Source: a virus
Length of the DNA: 42,056 nt
Reading direction: 5' to 3' (one strand)
Virus genome (UHGV): UHGV-0374040
Below the pieces are notes generated by a model. That model was given only the letters and a program-made list of their open reading frames with translations. It did no database searches and was not told where the DNA came from. The position numbers and the translations under genes are program-made. This document shows positions 35,524-42,056 of the stretch, piece by piece (the stretch's first letter is position 1; the number at the start of each line of letters is the position of its first letter).

Positions 35524-35664
35524 TTCTATCCCTCCAAATTGACCCGGGTTGCAAGATTCGCTCTATTCTTGTAATTTGGTTGCAACGACTTATAAACGTT
35601 GATATAGAGTCTTTTTCTATTTTTCACAACCGAAGCTACATGATTGGCGACGATCCCGGATCTA

Positions 35665-35853
35665 CTAAAAGTCTTGACTGCGAATCAATTTTCGTGCAAA
35701 TGAGCAGTTGACAATCTCATTAATAGACTTCAAGTAATCGCCAAGCTCTTTTTCAGCCTTTTCTTTTGCTTCAAACATCGTTGCAGCATAAACAACTAGC
35801 GTGCAACCTAAACCGTGCTTATTTGTGTACCTAACCATAAATTCATCTTTCAT
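35665..35853 (-). CDS. Hypothetical small protein
   Basis: 62 aa, ATGA overlap with the YopX-like gene. Confidence 0.4.
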   Translation of the reverse strand: MKDEFMVRYTNKHGLGCTLVVYAATMFEAKEKAEKELGDYLKSINEIVNCSFARKLIRSQDF

Positions 35854-36257
35854 TTTGATACCTCCAACAACTCTGGATTTTCGTAGATGTTACCTATGAT
35901 TTCAATCGGTAAATCAATGCTATATAATAATTCAAATTCAGTATCTAGATTTTTATAATCAAGATAAAAACCGCCTTCTGTGAATCTGATTACTGACATA
36001 TCGTCGCCCAATACGTCTCCAATAATCTTCACAATATCCCCCTCAAATATCTCAACGCCGTTTTTGTCTTTCAGACCTGTTGATTGAAGGAATATTAGGT
36101 TATCGAAATGAATGTCATAGCGATCACCGTTTTCCTGCTCGACGTATGCTATCTTATTTTCAAAATCAAAGGATATGATACTAACCATCATCTCGTGGTA
36201 TTTATCCCAAGCTTTAAACTTCGGTATCATTGCCTTCCGCCTCCAATTTCCGTCCAC
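35850..36257 (-). CDS. YopX-family protein
   Basis: 135 aa. The N-terminal IPKFKAWDK motif and overall pattern are typical of YopX. Confidence 0.65.
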   Translation of the reverse strand: MDGNWRRKAMIPKFKAWDKYHEMMVSIISFDFENKIAYVEQENGDRYDIHFDNLIFLQSTGLKDKNGVEIFEGDIVKIIGDVLGDDMSVIRFTEGGFYLDYKNLDTEFELLYSIDLPIEIIGNIYENPELLEVSK

Positions 36258-36490
36258 ACATAGGGCAATAATTGATAGATGGAGCTGTCCAATCCAGCTC
36301 CAAAAAGGCAGTAGATATCCTTATTATCCCATTGATACCAATCTCCCCATGCAAGCTGCGTTAATTCATCCTCTTCTAAAACATCGTTCCAAACATCGTG
36401 TTTAGAAATTTTTATGATTTTTGCAAATGCTGGCGGGTTTGCATCAGATAATTTATAAATTTTCCCAATTTCGATATTCGGTATCATCAT
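36227..36490 (-). CDS. Hypothetical protein
   Basis: 87-aa ORF in the early operon. Confidence 0.4.
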   Translation of the reverse strand: MMIPNIEIGKIYKLSDANPPAFAKIIKISKHDVWNDVLEEDELTQLAWGDWYQWDNKDIYCLFGAGLDSSIYQLLPYVWTEIGGGRQ

Positions 36491-36729
36491 TCGCCCTCCT
36501 GATTGGTCAAGTCATTGAAAAGTTGTGTTGCCTTTTCTTCTCCTACTCTTAGACGACGCTTAACTGTGTTTTTTGTGAATAACTCGCCTTCTCCTGTTTC
36601 TTCAAACTCCCTTTTTAATGCTTCCATTTTTTTAAACTCTTCTTGAGTATATGTTTTCACTCGAATCATCCTTTCAAAAGTTACATTATTGCTTCGGTTA
36701 CTGGAACTAAAAATTGTCCCAACGATCAT
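36487..36729 (-). CDS. Hypothetical protein
   Basis: 80-aa ORF, 4-nt overlap coupling. Confidence 0.4.
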   Translation of the reverse strand: MIVGTIFSSSNRSNNVTFERMIRVKTYTQEEFKKMEALKREFEETGEGELFTKNTVKRRLRVGEEKATQLFNDLTNQEGE

Positions 36730-37036
36730 CTAACCGTCGCCGCATTTCTTCCATCTCTTCTTTCATTCGTTTCATTTCTTTATCATGGATTGCTCGTTTG
36801 TTGATATTCTTTTCTTGAAGCTTTTTCCACTCGTCATAGCTGTCTTCAAAAATGAATACCCACAAAAACGCTAGCAATAGAATGAATAGAGTTCCGACCA
36901 TATAAACAAGAATTACTATGCCTGCAACCTTCTCGTTGTTCCAATCCGAAAAAATACAACCAAACACTCCAATTAGTGTTGGTGACAGAATCAGCAAAAC
37001 TAATAGAGCGAATTTGAAAATAGGATTTACTTTCAT
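36707..37036 (-). CDS. Two-TM membrane protein with a charged C-terminal helix
   Basis: 109-aa ORF. Confidence 0.45.
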   Translation of the reverse strand: MKVNPIFKFALLVLLILSPTLIGVFGCIFSDWNNEKVAGIVILVYMVGTLFILLLAFLWVFIFEDSYDEWKKLQEKNINKRAIHDKEMKRMKEEMEEMRRRLDDRWDNF

Positions 37037-37296
37037 TCCGCCACCTCTTCAAGCGCTTTAATAGTATCTAGGCCGTCCACCTCAACAAACTCGCCTGAGT
37101 CCATTAGAACAACCGCTTGCGCGCGTCTATTATCGGTGAATTGAGTTATTTGGATTAATGTTCCCAATTCCCCAGTAGATTCATATCTTTTTTCGATGTT
37201 ATACCAGTGGCTTTGCGGTATGCTCTCATTCCCAAAAGCAAACTCATCCTTGACGCTTTTTTCAATCCTAGCTAACAGTTCTACTCTAATGTTCAT
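37033..37296 (-). CDS. Hypothetical protein
   Basis: Start chosen at MNIRVELL; ATGA overlap with the HNH gene stop. Confidence 0.4.
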   Translation of the reverse strand: MNIRVELLARIEKSVKDEFAFGNESIPQSHWYNIEKRYESTGELGTLIQITQFTDNRRAQAVVLMDSGEFVEVDGLDTIKALEEVAE

Positions 37297-37844
37297 TCCG
37301 CCACCTCTTTCACTGATTTCCACGAAATATTGTGGACTATATTGAACATTGTTGCGTTCGAGACGTGGTACTTTTTTCTTAGTTCCGCCTGACTCGCTCC
37401 AGATTTGTATTGTTCTCTGATTTTTAGTATCTCATCTTCAGAAAATTTTGAATGTGGGTGTTTTGATCCCTGACAATATAATAAATTCGATTGAGCGTGT
37501 TTTGAGTTTTCTTTATTACTCGCCCATTCAAGATTTTCAGATTTATTGTTTTCTTTATTACCATCTTTATGGTTTACTTGTGTTTTACCTCTTTTTTTAC
37601 CATCAACAAAACATGTCGCAACTAATCTGTGGATTTTATACTGGGTAGTAGTTCCTTTCGAACTCGTGATATTTACATAACAATATCCACGCTCGGTTTG
37701 GAAAATCTGCAACTCCCTTCCTTTATACCATTTCTCTTTCCCATCTTTAGTATAAGAAATTCGATCAACGCTTCTTATTTTACCGAGGTTGCTAACTTCA
37801 TATAAATGCCCTTCTAGTTCAAGTATTTTCCATTCTTCATTCAT
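37293..37844 (-). CDS. HNH homing endonuclease (NUMOD4 + HNH_3 type)
   Basis: 183 aa with LYEVSNLGKIRS (NUMOD4-like) and HRLVATCFV...NHKDGNKENN...NLEW (HNH). Confidence 0.8.
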   Translation of the reverse strand: MNEEWKILELEGHLYEVSNLGKIRSVDRISYTKDGKEKWYKGRELQIFQTERGYCYVNITSSKGTTTQYKIHRLVATCFVDGKKRGKTQVNHKDGNKENNKSENLEWASNKENSKHAQSNLLYCQGSKHPHSKFSEDEILKIREQYKSGASQAELRKKYHVSNATMFNIVHNISWKSVKEVAE

Positions 37845-38169
37845 ATTTTCGTCCCCCCCATTCCGCGAAGACTGCTAAGACTTGGAATTGCGCTATCTCA
37901 GTCAAATACCGATAATTTTTATATGGAGGTTGAAGTCTCCATTTATCTGAATTCGAATTAACCCTAAGTCGCCAAATTAGTTCAATTGGTTCTATATCAG
38001 TAGTTTTGTATTTTTTCTTCAACCACTCCAACACGATCTGCTGGTTTTCGTTGAGAGGCTTTGACACATTGACTAAAAATGATTCTTCCTCAATTCGCTC
38101 CCAGTCACTCTCATGAACTCCGTCTAAAAACTCAATGTCTGATAGTAAAACTGCTCTCTCCATTCTCAC
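37837..38169 (-). CDS. Hypothetical protein
   Basis: 110-aa ORF. Confidence 0.4.
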   Translation of the reverse strand: MRMERAVLLSDIEFLDGVHESDWERIEEESFLVNVSKPLNENQQIVLEWLKKKYKTTDIEPIELIWRLRVNSNSDKWRLQPPYKNYRYLTEIAQFQVLAVFAEWGGRKYE

Positions 38170-38171
38170 AC

Positions 38172-38375
38172 CTACACTTTCTCAATCCAGCCCCAAGCTT
38201 TTGCTTGCAGCTTATACCTGTACTGATTGTCTTTCAGATAAGCCAATCTATCACTTTGCGCCTTCACACTTTCCAACATGCACCATTGTCTTGCTTGTTC
38301 AAGCTCATATTCCAATTGGTCAATCTCGTCTTGGTGATCTTGAATGATTCCCATAATGTTTTTCTTGTTTAGCAT
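38172..38375 (-). CDS. Hypothetical small protein
   Basis: 67-aa ORF. Confidence 0.35.
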   Translation of the reverse strand: MLNKKNIMGIIQDHQDEIDQLEYELEQARQWCMLESVKAQSDRLAYLKDNQYRYKLQAKAWGWIEKV

Positions 38376-38384
38376 CTTTCACAC

Positions 38385-38579
38385 CTACACTTTCTCGACT
38401 GGCATCAATTGATTTGAAAGCCAATACTCCGTTTCGCCGGATTCATTTTCACATTCACAAATTATTACTGTTGCAGAATTCGGACTAAATATTTCTTTGA
38501 TAAAATAATTGGCAACCGCAGCCCCTGTTACCTCTACTGTATTGCCTGATAAAGTTTTATATTTTGTTCCTATTGTCAT
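38385..38579 (-). CDS. Hypothetical small protein
   Basis: 64-aa ORF. Confidence 0.35.
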   Translation of the reverse strand: MTIGTKYKTLSGNTVEVTGAAVANYFIKEIFSPNSATVIICECENESGETEYWLSNQLMPVEKV

Positions 38580-38698
38580 TCTTAAAACCTCCCTGATAGG
38601 CTGAGTTAGCCTTCTTATTAATTACAATCGTCTTGTAAGTACTATATTTGATATAATCTCCCTATCAGTGAGTGGTCAACTGAAATACTAACAAGGAG

Positions 38699-39184
38699 GT
38701 GAGTAATTTGATTAATGTGTTAATTACTTCTTTAATATCAGTTGTTGCTATTTTCATTTCTTATTACTTAGGTAGAAAAACTAAAATTAAGGACAGGACT
38801 GAATCAAAACTTGAAGAACGTTATTACAAATTTTATATCCCTTTACTAACTAAAGGATTAAAAACTTCTTTTTACGACTATCAGTATGTTATGGATTTTT
38901 TTGGGCTAGACTTTGTAGTTTTTTTACTTGATTCAATTCCATACATGGGAAATAAGTCAGTAAAGTATATAAAAGATTTGTATTCTTACGGCCAAGATTT
39001 TTATATGTTTGGATGTGATTATTCAGGTCAAATGAAAGTTGCTCCAAAGGAAATTCAAGAACTTCACGATAAAAATATGGAAACAGGAAATAAAATTTTT
39101 AACTCGTTCATGGAGATTTGTAAAGAAGAAGCAGCTGAAATAGCAGAAGAACTGAAATTAGAGCCGATATCAAAATCACTTTAA
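38699..39184 (+). CDS. Second opposite-strand moron: N-terminally membrane-anchored protein
   Basis: About 158 aa with an N-terminal TM helix; the probable start is the TTG at 38708, with RBS AAGGAGG. It has its own extended -10 promoter ATTTGATATAAT (38646-38657), flanked by the inverted repeat CCCTGATAGG/CCTATCAGG. Confidence 0.5.
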   Translation: MSNLINVLITSLISVVAIFISYYLGRKTKIKDRTESKLEERYYKFYIPLLTKGLKTSFYDYQYVMDFFGLDFVVFLLDSIPYMGNKSVKYIKDLYSYGQDFYMFGCDYSGQMKVAPKEIQELHDKNMETGNKIFNSFMEICKEEAAEIAEELKLEPISKSL

Positions 39185-39316
39185 TCACACGTTTGAAGCG
39201 ATTCGAATCAATTACTAAAATAATTAATAACGCTATTATCGAACTGAACACCGGTGTAAATTTATTGATATCTTCTATTAAATTATTCAAAAAAACACTT
39301 CCTTGACTTTATGCAA

Positions 39317-39469
39317 CTACTTGTCTTTAGACAGGTAGTTTTTTATATGCTCAGTTTCTTCTTCAAAAAATCTATCCATCCACTTATCAATCATCTTCAT
39401 TTGATATTTCATCATTAAGAACGAAACGATTCCTGATGTAATAATCGATGTAATAATTAGTTTAATCAT
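39317..39469 (-). CDS. Small membrane protein (below the ORF-track cutoff)
   Basis: About 50 aa (MIKLIITSIITSGIVSFLMM...) with a strong RBS AAAGGAGC 6 nt upstream. Confidence 0.4.
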   Translation of the reverse strand: MIKLIITSIITSGIVSFLMMKYQMKMIDKWMDRFFEEETEHIKNYLSKDK

Positions 39470-39496
39470 AAGAGCTCCTTTCTTTGATAGGCGTGG

Positions 39497-39703
39497 TTAC
39501 AGGAACTTCTTACCATGTCTCAACACATAGTAGTAATCGGGCTTTCCGGTTATCCCAGTAACTTTTACTTTTTTCTTTCCACATTTCCGGCATGCATATG
39601 CTCTTGCCTGCGTGTCTCCGCCTATTGCAGCCATCAGTTTATAGTCATGCTTGCATATGCTAAAAAGTCTGATCATTCGCCGTCCTCCTGTTCTTTTGGC
39701 CAC
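39497..39703 (-). CDS. Zinc-ribbon small protein
   Basis: 68 aa, GTG start, with paired Cys (C..H...CRKCG). Confidence 0.4.
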   Translation of the reverse strand: MAKRTGGRRMIRLFSICKHDYKLMAAIGGDTQARAYACRKCGKKKVKVTGITGKPDYYYVLRHGKKFL

Positions 39704-39836
39704 ACACGAATAGAAATCAATTGCTTGCAGCCTTGTAGTATCCGTGCAGACTCTTCTACCTCTTCTTGATTATTCGCATGCAGATAACAGGTTTTTATGC
39801 GATCATTATGTGCAATGTATTTTACTTGGTATTGGT

Positions 39837-40046
39837 TCATTCGCCGTCCTCCTTGGAATGTGTATTTTGAAAATAATCCACAGCTAGTTGTGTTTGAAGC
39901 TCATCCAAATCCAAATAGACTTTGTTTATAAGTGTCTGTGTGAGATTGTTTTCAACTAAGTATTCGTCTATTTTTTTCAACAACTCGCGAATTTGTTTAT
40001 ATCGCAAGCGATTCTCACATTGTTTAATAAAACGTTTATCGTCCAA
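39837..40046 (-). CDS. Hypothetical small protein
   Basis: 69-aa ORF. Confidence 0.35.
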   Translation of the reverse strand: MDDKRFIKQCENRLRYKQIRELLKKIDEYLVENNLTQTLINKVYLDLDELQTQLAVDYFQNTHSKEDGE

Positions 40047-40078
40047 GTTAAACCTCCTTGATTGTTGTCATTAGTGGA

Positions 40079-40576
40079 CTAAATACTACCTGTTTGAAAA
40101 CCATAATGTGCAGTTTCAACGCCGTCATAATCACTTATTTCCCACTCAGCCCCATCGGGTATATCAACGACTTTAAGACTTGCATATGGTCCACTGGCCT
40201 CACTTCCTAGTTTTTCGACAACAGCAACGAGGTCCTTATCACCTCGGTTTGAATCACTTGAAAAACTGGAATCATCAGCAATTCCGTACAGTCGGTCAAT
40301 TTCGCTATAAATTCCTGTAACTTTGTCAATTTTCGGGTCTTTTTTGAAATAGTAGATAAAATCCATCGAACCTAGCTTTTGGCCTGTGTGTCTCGTGTAT
40401 TCATCATCTGAGTCATAGCTAAAGTTATTGATGTATGGGAATACTTCAATATTTTTTCTTTTAAAAATTTCCATTTTTGCTTCATGGCTCAACCCAAAGC
40501 CACCAAAACATTTATTTAATACAATCTTCATTACTTTTCCTCCTTTGTTGTTGTCATTAACTGACTTTCTCAACAC
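40079..40576 (-). CDS. Hypothetical protein
   Basis: 165-aa ORF. Confidence 0.45.
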   Translation of the reverse strand: MLRKSVNDNNKGGKVMKIVLNKCFGGFGLSHEAKMEIFKRKNIEVFPYINNFSYDSDDEYTRHTGQKLGSMDFIYYFKKDPKIDKVTGIYSEIDRLYGIADDSSFSSDSNRGDKDLVAVVEKLGSEASGPYASLKVVDIPDGAEWEISDYDGVETAHYGFQTGSI

Positions 40577-40769
40577 TCAGAATCTTAATTTCATTACCTT
40601 TATATTCAGGATATTTTTCATTTTTTTGTACTACTAACCCAGCAGCAACTAGCTCATTTTCCGCTTTAACAGTTTCGACATAACTAGTCCCTGTAAAAGC
40701 TTGCCAGTGTACTAGGTAGCTATTTTTGGCCATTCATTATGAACCTCCTCTAAGTCATCCATAAACTGA

Positions 40770-40955
40770 CTACTCATAAGTCATTTCGTCAATAGCTTTC
40801 ATTAACTCCTCAACATCGGTCTCCCAAGAGTCTACAAGTTCACTAACAAATTCAGGAGCTGTACCTGCAACAAATTTCCCGTCGCCCTTATCATTCGAAA
40901 CAAAAACCGATGTTCCGTTGTTTGATTTAAATATTTCAAGTTTTACTTTTTTCAC
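40770..40955 (-). CDS. Hypothetical small acidic protein
   Basis: 61-aa ORF. Confidence 0.35.
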   Translation of the reverse strand: MKKVKLEIFKSNNGTSVFVSNDKGDGKFVAGTAPEFVSELVDSWETDVEELMKAIDEMTYE

Positions 40956-40980
40956 AATGTTCCCTCCCCTATGTCCTCCG

Positions 40981-41451
40981 TTAGCTGAATTTTTTCATAA
41001 ACACAAGCCAATGTGTTTTGCTTCGTTTATTACCAAACAATGGCTGTTCTCCAATAGCCTCTAACACATCAGAAAGTGGTATCTGTTCCTCGTTCCACTT
41101 AAAAATTAATGTTCCTGAAGGTCGTAAAACTCGCATACACTCTGCAAAACCTTGCCTGATGTCTTCTGGCCAAAGTTCGTCTAATTTTCCATACTTTTTG
41201 GCCAACCATGAATTTTCACCGGCATGGATCAAATGTGGCGGGTCAAAGACAACCATATCGAAAACATCATTTTCAAAAGGCATATCACGAAAGTCTGCGA
41301 CCACATCTGGATCAACATTGATCACATGACCTGTTGATAATTCTTCATACTGCTGACGACAATCCATAAATGTTACGTCAGAATTGTTCTTATCAAACCA
41401 GAACATTCGACTGCCGCAACAAGCATCTAAAATTCTGGGCAAACCAGTCAC
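40981..41451 (-). CDS. Small phage-type DNA methyltransferase
   Basis: 156 aa. Motif I-like ILDACCGSRMF is followed after ~55 aa by the motif IV variant FDPPH (DPPY-like). Confidence 0.65.
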   Translation of the reverse strand: MTGLPRILDACCGSRMFWFDKNNSDVTFMDCRQQYEELSTGHVINVDPDVVADFRDMPFENDVFDMVVFDPPHLIHAGENSWLAKKYGKLDELWPEDIRQGFAECMRVLRPSGTLIFKWNEEQIPLSDVLEAIGEQPLFGNKRSKTHWLVFMKKFS

Positions 41452-41497
41452 TCCTTCCTCCGTGATAGCTCCAGTTTGCGGAGCTTTTTCTTATGTC

Positions 41498-41740
41498 CTA
41501 ACCAATCCTCCGCCACTTTCTCAACGTCCCTTTTCTTCCATGCGCCTGACAACCTAGAAGGTCAAACCTCACTCCTGCACGGCTTGGTTTTCGCTTACGA
41601 TTCCTATCGATCGTGTCTTTGTGAACCACGTGTTTGTCACCGTTAGAATCCTCCACGATAATTATGTTTTTGTAGGGTTGATCTAGATATTCGATTTCTT
41701 CACCCACGATAGACTCACCGTAGATATTTGCTATATGCAT
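41498..41740 (-). CDS. Hypothetical basic protein
   Basis: 80-aa ORF. Confidence 0.4.
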   Translation of the reverse strand: MHIANIYGESIVGEEIEYLDQPYKNIIIVEDSNGDKHVVHKDTIDRNRKRKPSRAGVRFDLLGCQAHGRKGTLRKWRRIG

Positions 41741-41741
41741 G

Positions 41742-42047
41742 CTAATCCTCCATTTCGTTTGTCACATAGTTTCTTTCAATTCCGTATTTCCGCATCCATT
41801 GATAAATCGTTCCTTGGGACGCACCAAAATCTCGACTCGCTTTCTTCCAACCGCCGCTTTTGTATGACTTTTCCAATTCTTCGGCAGTAGGAACCACTAG
41901 CTTTCTAAATTTTGGTAACTGGTGTTTGTGCCTCACATAAGCAAATATCTTACGATCAATCGTGTATACCTCATGAATCTGAGCTATTGTTTTTCCCTGT
42001 CTAATCATTTCAACTATTTTCTTCTCCATCCCTGGACGTTTGTTCAA
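41742..42047 (-). CDS. HTH DNA-binding protein
   Basis: 101 aa with two HTH-like segments (GKTIAQIHEVYTI and ASQGTIYQWMRKYGI). It has a TTG start at the window edge, and the reading frame stays open across the end-to-start junction to an ATG at position 60. Confidence 0.45.
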   Translation of the reverse strand: MNKRPGMEKKIVEMIRQGKTIAQIHEVYTIDRKIFAYVRHKHQLPKFRKLVVPTAEELEKSYKSGGWKKASRDFGASQGTIYQWMRKYGIERNYVTNEMED

Positions 42048-42056
42048 ATAGTCCTG

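Noticed and set aside
41742-42047. HTH protein as an IS transposase / mobile element
   Set aside because: It is only 101 aa, has no DDE or recombinase domain, and no inverted repeats flank it. It is more likely a phage early DNA-binding regulator.
1-42056. CRISPR arrays, rRNA genes, toxin-antitoxin pairs with recognisable families
   Set aside because: I found no regularly spaced short direct repeats, no rRNA-like segments, and no recognisable TA family signatures.

Overview
The window reads as a complete or near-complete ~42-kb temperate siphovirus-type phage genome, apparently circularly permuted, from a low-GC Firmicute (Enterococcus/Listeria/Bacillus-like). The markers for that host guess are an ArpU-type late regulator, a PBSX-like fiber-XkdW-XkdX-holin-lysin block, a BppU-like baseplate protein and a PBSX-family large terminase. 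Layout: the lysogeny switch sits at 6.1-8.9 kb (cro-like minus-strand gene; cI-like repressor, ImmA protease and tyrosine integrase on plus). Early and replication genes lie on the minus strand at 1-6.1 kb (DUF3102-like, Rad52/Sak-like annealing protein, DnaD-like replisome organizer with internal iterons, SSB). Reading through the window junction, they continue at 42.0->34.9 kb (HTH protein, small methyltransferase, HNH homing endonuclease, YopX, ArpU). A phage-borne tRNA-Lys(UUU) follows, then the late operon on the minus strand from 33.9 to 13.2 kb: terS, terL, portal, gp7-like head morphogenesis, scaffold, major capsid, connectors, major tail protein, G/T chaperone, tape measure, Dit, Tal, BppU-like protein, three fiber genes, XkdW/XkdX, holin and endolysin. 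Two programmed -1 frameshifts are visible. One is the classical tail-chaperone G/GT shift. The other sits at the extreme 3' end of the major capsid gene (slippery C_CCA_AAA_G) and adds a ~95-aa Ig-like (Big_2-type) extension. The most unusual content is an AT-rich accessory (moron) block at 9.2-12.9 kb between the int/attP side and the lysis module. It holds a four-gene plus-strand cassette with a near-consensus promoter, including a lipoprotein. It also holds a convergent two-gene minus-strand cassette: a protein-kinase-fold (HipA/PI3-4K-like catalytic motifs) protein plus a DUF3037-like (GExxNxG) protein, flanked by a strong bidirectional terminator and a fossil tRNA 3'-fragment. This cassette is a good candidate for a prophage-encoded defence or exclusion module. 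Other signals are two opposite-strand membrane-protein morons with identical extended -10 promoters, a convergent-promoter switch region with a thrice-repeated operator motif, direct repeats at the int 3' end, and a small hairpin-sRNA candidate. All coordinates I derived myself may be off by a few nt. No CRISPR arrays or rRNA genes were seen.
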